Shown: in pieces, positions 52,367-62,570 of the stretch
How the letters are laid out: the number at the start of each line of letters is the position of its first letter
Position numbering within the stretch: position 1 is the stretch's first letter
Sequence record: PV340856.1
DNA: 64,000 nucleotides
Reading direction: 5' to 3' (one strand)
Position numbers and translations under genes: made by a program
The notes under the pieces: generated by a model
Seen by the model: the letters and a program-made list of their open reading frames with translations, nothing else
Told to the model about the DNA's origin: nothing
Database searches by the model: none

Positions 52367-54811
52367 ATGTCATTAAATTTAGTCTCCCCAGGCGTAAGAG
52401 TAAGAGAAGTTGACTTAACTATTGGACGTATTGATGATATTAATGATCAAGTAGGTGCTATCGCTGGACCATTTCAAAAGGGTCCCGTAAATACACCAAT
52501 CTTAATTGAAACCGAAAACGATCTTTTACAAACGTTTGGTAAGCCACTATCTACTGATTCTCAGTATGAATACTGGATGAGTGCATCCTCATATCTCTCA
52601 TATGGTGGTATATTGAGAGTTATCAGATCTTCGCATACGGATGATACATCTCCATTATCCAATGCTAACGTCTCTGTCGATGGTGGAACTCTAACGAGTT
52701 TACAAGTTGATTCCTCAGAGGACTATTACAACAACCATTTAAATGATATTACTTGGATGTATGCATCCAGAAACCCAGGATCTTGGGCTAATGACTTGAA
52801 GGTTTGTACTATTGACTCCAAAGCAGATCAGAGACTGGCAATTGGAACGGATGGTCTTGCCGTAGGATATGCGATCACGGCTGGATTTACAACTTCTGTA
52901 GCAAATACGGATGGAACTATTGGTATTCAAACAGGATATCTTAAAGCAGTTATTACTGACATTCATGATTCGTCTGTTGATGTCAAAATTTTGTCCGAAC
53001 ATAACGTAACAACTGATGTTTGGAGTGAAGTTGACTATCAAGAGGGCAGTTCTACTAAATCTTTCTCAGGATATGATGAGGGAGTAGACACATTTAATCT
53101 TGAAACTCCAGGTGGGGCACTCCGAAATAACTCAAATTTATATAGGGCTTTTGATAATGCTGGGGCAGAAGTTCAACTTGAAAGAACAAGATTCCAAGCC
53201 GTTGTTGGTTTAGGATCTACAGAGATTACTTTTGGTGATGATCTAAACACTCTAAAGGCTAGTATCGGTGATCAGATTAAATCTGTTAATGGTACTTATA
53301 CTGGTAACATTGTTGGATTCTCTCCAGAAGGATCTGATGGACAGTACATTATCATGGACACTGCTACTTCTGTTGCATTTGCAAATACAGACTTTATTGT
53401 TAAGAGTGGAATTGGTAGTGGATTAATACTCAGACAAGGCAATACTGCGGAAGACTGGTATAATCAACAGACTCTTGGTTTAGACAATCAAAAAATCTTC
53501 TGGAAATCTCTTGCGGAAAGACCAGGAACGTCTGCATATGCTGCAGATAGAAGTTCTAGATTTGACGAGGTTCATATTGTTATCGTTGACGACACTGGTA
53601 AAGTAACTGGTAGTGCAGGAAACATTGTAGAGAAGTGGGTTGGTCTTTCTAAGGCATCGGATGCCAAGATTTCTCCATCTGCGGACATATACTATAAGAA
53701 CTACATTGCACAGTATTCATCAAACATTTTTGTTGGTGCGGCACAAACTGGTACTGGGTTAAAATACACAATGCTCAGTGGATATACAATTGATAATAGT
53801 GGTACATGGGGTCAACTCACTCAAGGAGTTTCTTTTAATGGATCTGGACCTCAAACATATTCATTATCTGGAGGTAGTGATTATGGTGGTGTTGGAGTTT
53901 ACAAGTGCAAACTTTCTGATGTTGTTTCCTCATATTCCATCTTAGATAACCCCGCAGAATACTCGGTTAACTACATTATTCAAGGTCCATCTTCAGGCGA
54001 TACTGTTTTTTCTGCACAAGCTAAGGCAAATAAACTGATTCAGATTGCGGAAACTCGTAAAGATTGTGTTGCTTGTATTTCGCCATACAAGCCTGATGTT
54101 GTTGGAGTTACTCAGTCAGATACACAGACAACAAACATTATCAATTTCTATGATAGTTTGACATCTAGTTCTTACGCTGTATTTGATTCTGGATACAAGT
54201 ACACCTTTGATAGATTCAACAATACATTCAGATATGTTGCTTTGAATGCCGACATTGCTGGTTTGATGGCAAGAACTTCTATTAATTCTTTCCCCTGGTT
54301 CTCACCTGCAGGATCTCAAAGAGGATCCATCAATAATGCAATTAAACTTGCTTATAATCCATCACAGGCACAAAGAGATCTGCTTTATCCTAAGAGAATT
54401 AACCCAGTTATATTCTCTCCTGGTGCAGGAATGATTCTATATGGAGACAAAACTGCTCTTAAGGAATCATCTGCATTCGATAGAATTAACGTTCGTCGTC
54501 TGTTCCTCACTATTGAACAAACCATTGAAAGAGCTGCAAGAGCACAACTCTTTGAGTTCAATGATATTTTAACAAGAACTAACTTCTTGAATGTCGTTGA
54601 ACCATATCTCCGCGATGTTAAGGCGAAGAGAGGTATCATTGATTTCGTTGTTATTTGTGACGAATCTAATAACACACCAGATGTTATTGATTCCAATCAG
54701 TTTAAAGCTGATATCTTCATAAAACCAAATAGATCAATCAACTTCATTGGACTGACGTTCGTGGCTACACGTTCTGGAGTCAGTTTTGATGAAGTAGTTG
54801 GTAATGTTTGA
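52367..54811 (+). CDS. gp18: Tail sheath protein gp18
   Basis: LVSPGVRVREVDLT, SASSYLSYGG, PWFSPAGSQRG, RDLLYPKRINPV, FDRINVRRLF, IKPNRSINFI; GAGG RBS; CTAAATA at 52320-52326. Confidence 0.96.
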   Translation: MSLNLVSPGVRVREVDLTIGRIDDINDQVGAIAGPFQKGPVNTPILIETENDLLQTFGKPLSTDSQYEYWMSASSYLSYGGILRVIRSSHTDDTSPLSNANVSVDGGTLTSLQVDSSEDYYNNHLNDITWMYASRNPGSWANDLKVCTIDSKADQRLAIGTDGLAVGYAITAGFTTSVANTDGTIGIQTGYLKAVITDIHDSSVDVKILSEHNVTTDVWSEVDYQEGSSTKSFSGYDEGVDTFNLETPGGALRNNSNLYRAFDNAGAEVQLERTRFQAVVGLGSTEITFGDDLNTLKASIGDQIKSVNGTYTGNIVGFSPEGSDGQYIIMDTATSVAFANTDFIVKSGIGSGLILRQGNTAEDWYNQQTLGLDNQKIFWKSLAERPGTSAYAADRSSRFDEVHIVIVDDTGKVTGSAGNIVEKWVGLSKASDAKISPSADIYYKNYIAQYSSNIFVGAAQTGTGLKYTMLSGYTIDNSGTWGQLTQGVSFNGSGPQTYSLSGGSDYGGVGVYKCKLSDVVSSYSILDNPAEYSVNYIIQGPSSGDTVFSAQAKANKLIQIAETRKDCVACISPYKPDVVGVTQSDTQTTNIINFYDSLTSSSYAVFDSGYKYTFDRFNNTFRYVALNADIAGLMARTSINSFPWFSPAGSQRGSINNAIKLAYNPSQAQRDLLYPKRINPVIFSPGAGMILYGDKTALKESSAFDRINVRRLFLTIEQTIERAARAQLFEFNDILTRTNFLNVVEPYLRDVKAKRGIIDFVVICDESNNTPDVIDSNQFKADIFIKPNRSINFIGLTFVATRSGVSFDEVVGNV

Positions 54812-54819
54812 TTCATACC

Positions 54820-54827
54820 ACTAAATA
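54820..54827 (+). promoter_or_regulatory. Probable late promoter ACTAAATA upstream of gp19
   Basis: Intergenic TAAATA box followed by GAGG RBS. Confidence 0.6.
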
Positions 54828-54850
54828 ACAGTACAAGAGGTTAACTAGCC

Positions 54851-55546
54851 ATGCCAAGTTCCAAGTCATTTAATCCACCTCAGGTAGGGGATAGGACTAT
54901 TGAGGATTTTAAGGCTCGACTCAGTGGAGGGGCTGCACGCCCCAATTTGTTTGAGGTTGAACTTGCCTTCCCAAGCTACGTCCAAATAGCAACAGAATCT
55001 GTAGCTAACTCCAGATTCTTAGTAAAAGCTGCTCAGTTACCAGCTTCAAATATTAATGTAATTGATGTTCCTTTCAGAGGAAGAAATTTAAAGATTGCTG
55101 GAGATAGAACTTTTGATGTTTGGACCATTACGGTCATTAATGACATCTCTTTCGATTTGCGAAATGCTTTTGAGCAGTGGATGAATGGTATCAACAAGCA
55201 TGATAATGCTACTGGTGTCATTAATCCAACTCAATATCAGAAGGATGCCGTTGTTTATCAACTAGGAAGAAATACTAGAACATCCACTGGTAATTTTCCA
55301 ACTACTATTTCAGATGCAACTTTAGGAGCTGCTGACAAATATCCAGTTCTCAAGAAGTACGTATTCCATGGTATCTTCCCAACCAATGTAAGTTCTATTG
55401 AATTATCATACGACAACTCTGATACTATTGAAGAGTTTACTGTAGATATGCAAGTTCAATGGTGGGATGCATATACTGCAGAAAATGTAAATCTCTTTGG
55501 AACAGAGGAAGAACCAGTAACAACGGCTGATTCTCAGACTGCTTAA
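54851..55546 (+). CDS. gp19: Tail tube protein gp19
   Basis: GAARPNLFEV, FLVKAAQLPAS, VPFRGRNLKIAGDRTFDVWTITVIND, IFPTNVSSIELSYD, IEEFTV. Confidence 0.95.
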   Translation: MPSSKSFNPPQVGDRTIEDFKARLSGGAARPNLFEVELAFPSYVQIATESVANSRFLVKAAQLPASNINVIDVPFRGRNLKIAGDRTFDVWTITVINDISFDLRNAFEQWMNGINKHDNATGVINPTQYQKDAVVYQLGRNTRTSTGNFPTTISDATLGAADKYPVLKKYVFHGIFPTNVSSIELSYDNSDTIEEFTVDMQVQWWDAYTAENVNLFGTEEEPVTTADSQTA

Positions 55547-55591
55547 TTTTCATTGAATAAATATATTTGATTATGCCTCAAGTGAATCTAA

Positions 55592-57262
55592 ATGGCTAGG
55601 TTGTTTGGTTTTAAAATTGATAAGGGAGACGATGCTTCAAAGAGCATCGTTTCTCCCGTCCCAAAGTCCGATGAGGATTCATCGGACTTTTATGTTAGCA
55701 GCGGCTTTTATGGTCAGTACGTAGATATTGATGGCGTCTACAAGTCAGAGTTTGATTTAATTAAAAGATATCGAGAAATGGCTCTGCATCCAGAAGTGGA
55801 TAGTGCTATTGAAGATATTATAAATGAGGCGATTGTCTCGGATCAGAACGATTCCCCCATTCAAATTGATCTATCGAATCTCCCTGCTTCGGAAAAACTC
55901 AAAGAACTTATTAGAGATGAGTTTAAGAAGATCAAAGAAATCATGGACTTTGATAAAAAGTGCCATGAAATCCTCCGTAACTGGTATGTCGATGGAAGAA
56001 TCTTCTATCACAAAGTAATTGATCTCAAAAAACCAGAAGAAGGTATTCAGGAAGTAAGATATATTGATCCACTAAAAATTAAGTACGTTAGAAAGCTGAA
56101 GAAGAAAGATAACGTACAACAAACTGTTGCAAAAATTCAAAATCAAGATAATCCACTCACTCCAGAAATTGAAGAGTATTATCTTTACGATCCAAACACT
56201 CAGGCAGCAAAGAACAATGTCGGGGCTATTGGACAACCAGCATTCAAAAATGTAACTAAACCAGTAAAAATTGCTATTGATGCAGTTACATTCTGTCACT
56301 CTGGTCTAGTAGATAGAAATAAACAGACGATTCTTTCATATTTACATAAGTCTATCAAAGCACTCAATCAACTTCGTATGATTGAAGATAGTCTAGTTAT
56401 CTATAGATTGTCGCGTGCTCCAGAAAGAAGAATTTTCTATATTGATGTGGGCAATCTTCCCAAAATTAAAGCGGAACAATATCTAAAAGATGTGATGAGC
56501 CGTTATCGTAACAAACTTGTTTACGATGCTGGAACTGGTGAGGTCAGAGATGATCGCAAACACATGAGTATGCTAGAAGACTTCTGGCTTCCTCGTCGTG
56601 AAGGTGGTCGTGGTACTGAAATCACAACTCTTCCTGGTGGACAGAACTTAGGCGAACTATCCGATATTGAGTATTTCCAGAAAAAACTTTACAGAGCACT
56701 TGGTGTTCCCGAGTCTCGTATTGCTGGATCTGGAGAAGGTTTCAACCTCGGTCGTTCTTCCGAAATTCTTAGAGACGAAATTAAGTTTACTAAGTTCGTC
56801 GGTAGAATGAGAAAGAGATTCTCTGGTGTTTTTAGCGATATGCTGAAGACTCAGTTAATCCTGAAAAACATTGTTACCCCAGAAGATTGGGAAATTTTGT
56901 CTGATCATATTCAATATGATTTTGTATATGATAATCACTTTGCCGAACTGAAGGAAACCGAACTTCTCAGTGAAAGACTCGGAACTGCTGCTGCAGTTGA
57001 TCCATATCTTGGTAAGTACTTCTCTCTTGAGTATGTTAGAAGACATGTCCTCAAACAGAAGGATGAAGAAATTATAGAGATTGATAAACAGATTGAGAAA
57101 GAAATTAAAGATGGTAAGTTGATAGATCCAATGGAAATTCAACAGATGGAAATGGGAGCTGGAGAAGATTTGGGATCTCCTGTCACAGAACCAGAAATTG
57201 ATGCATCCGCCGTAGAAGCTGATGGATCATCAATGGAGATGCCCAAGGGAGGGGAAATATAA
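55592..57262 (+). CDS. gp20: Portal protein gp20
   Basis: EDSLVIYRLSRAPERRIFYIDVGNLPKIKAEQYL, EDFWLPRREGGRGTEITTLPGGQNLG, LYRALGVPESR. Confidence 0.97.
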   Translation: MARLFGFKIDKGDDASKSIVSPVPKSDEDSSDFYVSSGFYGQYVDIDGVYKSEFDLIKRYREMALHPEVDSAIEDIINEAIVSDQNDSPIQIDLSNLPASEKLKELIRDEFKKIKEIMDFDKKCHEILRNWYVDGRIFYHKVIDLKKPEEGIQEVRYIDPLKIKYVRKLKKKDNVQQTVAKIQNQDNPLTPEIEEYYLYDPNTQAAKNNVGAIGQPAFKNVTKPVKIAIDAVTFCHSGLVDRNKQTILSYLHKSIKALNQLRMIEDSLVIYRLSRAPERRIFYIDVGNLPKIKAEQYLKDVMSRYRNKLVYDAGTGEVRDDRKHMSMLEDFWLPRREGGRGTEITTLPGGQNLGELSDIEYFQKKLYRALGVPESRIAGSGEGFNLGRSSEILRDEIKFTKFVGRMRKRFSGVFSDMLKTQLILKNIVTPEDWEILSDHIQYDFVYDNHFAELKETELLSERLGTAAAVDPYLGKYFSLEYVRRHVLKQKDEEIIEIDKQIEKEIKDGKLIDPMEIQQMEMGAGEDLGSPVTEPEIDASAVEADGSSMEMPKGGEI

Positions 57263-57265
57263 ATA
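57258..57265 (+). promoter_or_regulatory. T4-type late promoter TATAAATA
   Basis: Exact consensus overlapping the gp20 stop codon. Confidence 0.7.
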
Positions 57266-57293
57266 CTTCTAGTTTGTATGTAATTTAACTGTC

Positions 57294-57539
57294 ATGGATG
57301 ACCTTATTGATTTGATTGTGAATAATGAATCTCCAACGGAAATTCATTCTAAGATCAAAGATGTTCTTTTTGCAAAGTCTGCTGAGAATATCGAAACCAT
57401 TCGTCCAGCTATCACAGCTGATATGTTTGGTGGTCCCAATCCTTGGGTTGATCAATTAGATGATGCGGAGCCAGAAACTGATGAAGTGGAGGCATCTGCA
57501 GAAGTTGAAGAACCTGCCGAGGAACCAGAGGAAGAATGA
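57294..57539 (+). CDS. Small acidic protein between portal and protease (prohead core-like position)
   Basis: Acidic 81-aa ORF; ATGA overlap with gp21; position equivalent to T4 gp67/gp68. Confidence 0.65.
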   Translation: MDDLIDLIVNNESPTEIHSKIKDVLFAKSAENIETIRPAITADMFGGPNPWVDQLDDAEPETDEVEASAEVEEPAEEPEEE

Positions 57540-58261
57540 AACTTATTACCGAAGAAATCGAATCAGCTAAGGTTCTTGTCGAAGAAAAAGACGGCAAGAA
57601 ATCTATGTTTATTGAGGGTATTTTCCTTCAAGGAAACCTAAAGAATAGAAATGGTCGTTTCTATCCTGTTGAAACTCTTCAAAAAGAAGTAAACAGATAT
57701 ACCGAGTCTTTCATTTCTAAGGGTCGTGCTCTTGGTGAGCTTGGCCACCCCGATGGACCAACGGTAAATCTCGATAGAGTTTCCCATAAGATTGTTGATC
57801 TTCATAAAGAAGGAACCAATTTTATTGGAAAGGCTAAACTTCTCGATACACCTATGGGCAAAATTGCTCAGTCATTAATTGATGAGGGTGTTCAACTGGG
57901 AGTTTCTTCCAGAGGAATGGGAAGTCTACGTGACACAAACGAAGGTTATAAGGTAGTAGGCGAAGATTTTATGCTTGCTACTGCTGCTGATATTGTCGCA
58001 GATCCTTCTGCTCCTGACGCTTTTGTTAATGGAATTATGGAAGGAGTTGAGTGGATTTGGGACGCTGGTCTTCTCAAAGCACAAACTACAATTAAAGAAG
58101 CAACAGTTGAAGAAACCGTTGCAGTAATTGAAAAAGAACCAGAAGAAGTTGTCGAAGAGACGATTGAGAAAACTAAGAAAACTATAAATACCTTAGTTAA
58201 ACAACAAAGACTTGATGAGAAGAAATTGGAACTATTCCAAAACTTCCTATCAAATCTTTGA
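57536..58261 (+). CDS. gp21: Prohead protease gp21
   Basis: MKLITE, FIEGIFLQGNLKNRNGRFY, ALGELGHP, LGVSSRGMGSL, DIVADPSAPDAFVNGIMEG. Confidence 0.95.
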   Translation: MKLITEEIESAKVLVEEKDGKKSMFIEGIFLQGNLKNRNGRFYPVETLQKEVNRYTESFISKGRALGELGHPDGPTVNLDRVSHKIVDLHKEGTNFIGKAKLLDTPMGKIAQSLIDEGVQLGVSSRGMGSLRDTNEGYKVVGEDFMLATAADIVADPSAPDAFVNGIMEGVEWIWDAGLLKAQTTIKEATVEETVAVIEKEPEEVVEETIEKTKKTINTLVKQQRLDEKKLELFQNFLSNL

Positions 58262-58318
58262 ATTTAATAAATAAATATAGATTACGATATCTACAACGAT
58301 CAAAAACGGAGAGTTCAA

Positions 58319-59404
58319 ATGTCTCGTGGAGATTTACAAGAAATGGAAGTAGGCACTAAGCAATCCAAAACCGCTGTTAATAGTGGTGCAAAGGCTGGTG
58401 AACCCATGCCAAAAGCACCTAACTATGTTCCCGACAACGGTGCCGTTGAGGATCTCGGTGGTCCAACCCCCGAGAATTCTAAACCAGACGATAATTCTAA
58501 TGCGCTTAAGACTCCTACCCAGACGATTAAGCAAGTTAAGGATGTAGTCAACAAGGGCGCTAAACCTGCTGAACCCATGACACAAGCACCTAAGTACGCT
58601 GAAGAAACTGAAGCATCTGCTGAAGAAGAGGTAATTTCCGAAGAGGAGACTACCGAACAGGAGAGCATCATCGACATCGACGCTGCAATTGCAGAAGATG
58701 TTGAAGCACTCCTGGGCGGTGAAGAACTCTCAGAAGAATTCAAAGAGAAGGCTAAACTGATCTTTGAAGCTTCTATTACTGCTAAGATCACAGATATCGA
58801 AAATCAAATCGTCGAGGCTTACGAACAAAAACTCGTAGAGGAAGTTGAAACCCTTAAGGTTGAACTTACCGAGAGACTTGATTCGTACCTTGAGTATGTC
58901 GCTGAAGAATGGCTTGAGGAAAACGCTCTCTCCGTTGAGCGTGGAATCAAGACAGAAATGACCGAATCCTTCCTTGAAGGAATGAAGGGTCTTTTTGAAG
59001 AACATTATGTATCTCTTCCTGAAGATAGATACGATGTACTTGAGAGCATGGTAGACAAACTTGATGAAATGGAGACTAAACTCAACGAGCAAATCGAAAG
59101 AAATATTGCTCTAAATAGTAAGCTGTCGGAATCGACTGCTGAGACCGTCATGAATAATGTTGCTGAAGGACTTGCAGTTTCTCAAAAAGAAAAACTTGCA
59201 ACCCTCGCAGAAGGTGTTGAGTTTGAAAGTGAAGAAAGCTATCGTGAAAAACTAGAAACACTGAAGGAGTCATACTTCGGTGGAAAGACTAGTTCTTCCA
59301 AGACGAAAGAGACACAAGTTCTCAAAGAAGAAGCCGAACACGTAGAAGCACCTACTGGTTCTATGGCTGCATATCTAAGAGCACTCTCTAACGTCAAACA
59401 GTGA
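58319..59404 (+). CDS. gp22: Prohead scaffold protein gp22
   Basis: Acidic coiled coil; ELSEEFKEKAKLIFEA, VDSYLEYV-like LDSYLEYVAEEW, KLETLKESYF; directly before gp23. Confidence 0.9.
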   Translation: MSRGDLQEMEVGTKQSKTAVNSGAKAGEPMPKAPNYVPDNGAVEDLGGPTPENSKPDDNSNALKTPTQTIKQVKDVVNKGAKPAEPMTQAPKYAEETEASAEEEVISEEETTEQESIIDIDAAIAEDVEALLGGEELSEEFKEKAKLIFEASITAKITDIENQIVEAYEQKLVEEVETLKVELTERLDSYLEYVAEEWLEENALSVERGIKTEMTESFLEGMKGLFEEHYVSLPEDRYDVLESMVDKLDEMETKLNEQIERNIALNSKLSESTAETVMNNVAEGLAVSQKEKLATLAEGVEFESEESYREKLETLKESYFGGKTSSSKTKETQVLKEEAEHVEAPTGSMAAYLRALSNVKQ

Positions 59405-59441
59405 TTTAAAGATTATCAAATTTCAACACAGGTATCCTAAA

Positions 59442-60833
59442 ATGCAACAAAACATCAATTACCAACAGCTCACTGAAAAGTGGGCTCCTCTTCTAGACTA
59501 CGATGGTCTAGATAACATCAAAGACGCTCACAGACGTAACGTTACCGCAGTTCTTCTTGAGAACCAAGAGCAAATGCTCAAGGAAGAAGCATCCTTCCTT
59601 GGTGAAGCATCTCCAACTAACTCTGCAGGTACAGGTGGATTCGGTGGAGACTCAGCTGCAGCTGGTCCTGTTGCTGGTTTCGACCCAGTTCTGATCTCCC
59701 TGATCAGACGTGCAATGCCTAACCTGGTCGCTTATGACCTCGCAGGCGTTCAACCAATGAGTGGTCCTACTGGACTCATCTTCGCAATGCGTTCCCGTTA
59801 CACCAACCAGAGCGGAACCGAAGCACTGTTCAACGAGCCCGATACTGCATTCGCAGGTCAGAACGACGGTGGTACTCTTACTGCAGGTCAAACTGATCAG
59901 GCTGCTGGTTTCGGTACAGGTTCTCAGTCGGGTACTAACCCTGCAGTTCTGAACCCTGTTGGTTCTGCAACTACCTCCGCTTACAACGTTGGTCAGGGTA
60001 TGGCCACTGGTGAGTCTGAGGCACTCGGAGATGGTTCTGGCAACCACTTCAATGAGATGGCATTCTCGATCGAGAAGGTCACCGTTACTGCGAAGTCCAG
60101 AGCACTGAAAGCTGAGTACTCCTTAGAACTCGCACAAGACCTCAAGGCAATCCACGGTCTGAATGCTGAGGCTGAGTTGGCAAACATTCTCTCCACAGAG
60201 ATTCTTGCTGAAATCAACCGCGAAGTCATTCGTTCCATCTACAAGGTTGCTGAACAGGGTGCAACTCTTAACACCGCTACCGCTGGTGAGTTCGACCTCG
60301 ATGTTGACTCCAACGGACGCTGGTCGGTTGAGAAGTTCAAGGGTCTACTCTTCCAAATCGAAAGAGACGCTAACCAGATCGCACAAAGAACTCGTAGAGG
60401 GAAGGGCAACGTTGTTCTCTGCTCCGCAGACGTTGCTTCCGCACTCACGATGGCAGGCATTCTGGATTACACTCCTGCACTCAACGCTAACCTCAACGTT
60501 GATGACACTGGCAACACCTTCGCTGGTACACTTGCTGGTAAGTACAAGGTCTACATCGACCCATTTGCTGCAAACAACGCTGCAAATCAGTACTACGTTG
60601 TTGGTTATAAGGGAACTTCCCCTTATGATGCAGGTATGTTCTACTGCCCATATGTTCCTCTCCAGATGGTTCGCGCCGTTGGTCAGGACACCTTCCAACC
60701 AAAAATTGGATTCAAGACTCGCTACGGCATGGTCGCAAATCCATTCGCAGAAGGAACTGATCAGGGTCTCGGCAGACTCCTCGCTAACTCCAACCGTTAC
60801 TACAGAAGAGTTACCGTTAAGAACCTCATGTGA
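59442..60833 (+). CDS. gp23: Major capsid protein gp23
   Basis: LTEKWAPLL, LLENQE, LISLIRRAMPNLVAYDLAGVQPMSGPTGLIFAMR, SRALKAEYSLELAQDLKAIHGLNAEAEL, FQPKIGFKTRYG. Confidence 0.98.
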   Translation: MQQNINYQQLTEKWAPLLDYDGLDNIKDAHRRNVTAVLLENQEQMLKEEASFLGEASPTNSAGTGGFGGDSAAAGPVAGFDPVLISLIRRAMPNLVAYDLAGVQPMSGPTGLIFAMRSRYTNQSGTEALFNEPDTAFAGQNDGGTLTAGQTDQAAGFGTGSQSGTNPAVLNPVGSATTSAYNVGQGMATGESEALGDGSGNHFNEMAFSIEKVTVTAKSRALKAEYSLELAQDLKAIHGLNAEAELANILSTEILAEINREVIRSIYKVAEQGATLNTATAGEFDLDVDSNGRWSVEKFKGLLFQIERDANQIAQRTRRGKGNVVLCSADVASALTMAGILDYTPALNANLNVDDTGNTFAGTLAGKYKVYIDPFAANNAANQYYVVGYKGTSPYDAGMFYCPYVPLQMVRAVGQDTFQPKIGFKTRYGMVANPFAEGTDQGLGRLLANSNRYYRRVTVKNLM

Positions 60834-60853
60834 TCCAAGTTTCACATTTTTTC

Positions 60854-60880
60854 AAGACCTCCTTCGGGGGGTCTTTTTTT
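60854..60880 (+). terminator. Rho-independent terminator with cUUCGg tetraloop after gp23
   Basis: AAGACCTCC-TTCG-GGGGGTCTT plus T run. Confidence 0.85.
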
Positions 60881-60889
60881 ATGCCTTTT

Positions 60890-60897
60890 TATAAATA
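60890..60897 (+). promoter_or_regulatory. T4-type late promoter TATAAATA
   Basis: Exact consensus just after the gp23 terminator. Confidence 0.7.
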
Positions 60898-60966
60898 GGG
60901 CTGCTTTTAAATAATTAAAATGTGGTAAGACTAAGTGGTTTAATTAATTCAACATCGGAGGTTGAC

Positions 60967-61578
60967 ATGTCAGAGGAACCCAAAAAAGAGAAAAAACTGC
61001 CACTGACCAAAGTGGTTGTAGGAACTATTGGTGCAATCTTTGTAGTATCGCACATTGGTTTACTGGGTTATGTTGTAAGAAAACCAGAACCACCCAGAGT
61101 TCCACAAGTTCCGACAATTAATATTCCTCGCGGTGATTATTCATCCTATACTATCAAAGCAGGAAAGGATGGATATGAGATTGAATATCGTGCAAATGAC
61201 CCCAAGATTTTAACTTCGGAAAGAGGATTAGATCTTGATAAATCAAAGAAAGGATTCTTTGGTGGATCATCTAGTGAAAAGAGAAATGAATATCGTCGTG
61301 ATGAATATACAATGGAAGGAACCCGCAATATGGGAGGTGCCGTAACGCAGGGTGAAGAGGGAAAGTCTGCAAAAGAAGTCGAGTGCATAGTGGCGGACGC
61401 TGGCGCACGGTCACAAGGTGCAATGGCAGGAACCGCAATTAGTGCTGGTCTCGTCGTCCCAGTGGTCTCTAGTATCCCCTACATTGGATGGTTAGCAGGT
61501 GGTTGGGCATTACTTCTAGGTCAGCAAGCAGGATCCGAATTAGGATCTCAAGTTGGTGAAGTATTTAATGACTGCTAA
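60967..61578 (+). CDS. Hypothetical membrane protein with glycine-zipper-like C-terminus
   Basis: GGAGGT RBS before ATG 60967; hydrophobic VVVGTIGAIFVVSHIGLLGYVV and GAMAGTAISAGLVVPVVSSIPYIGWLAGGWALLLG. Confidence 0.65.
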   Translation: MSEEPKKEKKLPLTKVVVGTIGAIFVVSHIGLLGYVVRKPEPPRVPQVPTINIPRGDYSSYTIKAGKDGYEIEYRANDPKILTSERGLDLDKSKKGFFGGSSSEKRNEYRRDEYTMEGTRNMGGAVTQGEEGKSAKEVECIVADAGARSQGAMAGTAISAGLVVPVVSSIPYIGWLAGGWALLLGQQAGSELGSQVGEVFNDC

Positions 61579-61603
61579 ATAATACAGAACTATATTTTAT
61601 TCC

Positions 61604-62140
61604 ATGGTAAAAGAAAGTGGATTATCCAAGTGGGATAGAGAGATTAAAAATAAAAACTTTCTATCCCCAACTGGATTTAAATTTAGTTTGGAAAAGGCAC
61701 CAAAGGTAGATTTCTTCTCCAATTCTGTTAACATCCCAGGCATTAATCTTGGTGTAGCTGTTCAATCTACTCCATTAAAGGATTTGATGATTCCTGGAGA
61801 TAAGTTGGTTTACAACGATCTTACCATTCAGTTTATGGTAGATGAAAACTTAGAAAACTATTTGGAAATTCATGACTGGATGCGAGGTCTTGGATATCCA
61901 GAAAGTATGTCAGAAGCATTGCCATTTGGACCTGTAGATCCCGTCATTGGTGCTTTTTCTGATGGAAGTCTACTCATCTATAATAGTAACTTTAATCCGA
62001 TATCGAAGGTAACTTTCAAAGACTTATTTCCAACATCATTATCATCTGTCGAATTTGATGCTAAGTCAACTGATATAAATTATATTATGGCATCAGCCAC
62101 GTTTAAATATACAATTTTTGATATTGAGAGTTTGCTGTAG
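61604..62140 (+). CDS. gp3: Tail tube terminator / tail completion protein gp3
   Basis: NFLSPTGFKF, VDFF..SVNIPGINLG, PGDKLVYNDL.IQFMVDENLENYLEIHDWM, FKDLFPTSLS; CTAAATA at 61575-61581. Confidence 0.88.
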   Translation: MVKESGLSKWDREIKNKNFLSPTGFKFSLEKAPKVDFFSNSVNIPGINLGVAVQSTPLKDLMIPGDKLVYNDLTIQFMVDENLENYLEIHDWMRGLGYPESMSEALPFGPVDPVIGAFSDGSLLIYNSNFNPISKVTFKDLFPTSLSSVEFDAKSTDINYIMASATFKYTIFDIESLL

Positions 62141-62141
62141 T

Positions 62142-62570
62142 ATGAATCTTGAAATGATTGAGAATCTTTGGGAACAAGATTCCAAAATTGATAACGATGA
62201 TCTTCACTTAGAGTCAACAAAAATTCCATCCTTACACTCGAAGTATTATAAAATCTATAATAATATTCTTGTTTTAAAAAAAGGGCAGGAAAATAAATTC
62301 AAAGTGTTAAGAAAAGAAAAATGGGAGTATTACTCTGGTAAAGCAAAACCAGAAGTATATACAGAAAAACCATTTGACTTCAAGGTATTAAAATCAGACA
62401 TTGACAAATATCTTGATTCTGATGAAGATCTTATTAAATGTCTCACAAAAGTTGAATATTATCAAATTGAATTGGATTATCTTGAAAGTATTCTCAAGGT
62501 AATTTTAAACAGAACATACCAGATTAAAAACGCTATTGAATGGCAGAGGTTTATTAGAGGATATGACTGA
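62142..62570 (+). CDS. uvsY: Recombination mediator UvsY
   Basis: MNLEMIENLWEQDSKID..LHLESTKIPSLHSKY...KWEYYSGKA...NRTYQIKNAIEWQRF; position gp3-uvsY-uvsW. Confidence 0.9.
   Translation: MNLEMIENLWEQDSKIDNDDLHLESTKIPSLHSKYYKIYNNILVLKKGQENKFKVLRKEKWEYYSGKAKPEVYTEKPFDFKVLKSDIDKYLDSDEDLIKCLTKVEYYQIELDYLESILKVILNRTYQIKNAIEWQRFIRGYD

Noticed and set aside
60163-60894. 243-aa overlapping ORF inside gp23 and several antisense ORFs there
   Set aside because: Shadow ORFs from the strong codon bias of gp23; no RBS or recognisable motifs.
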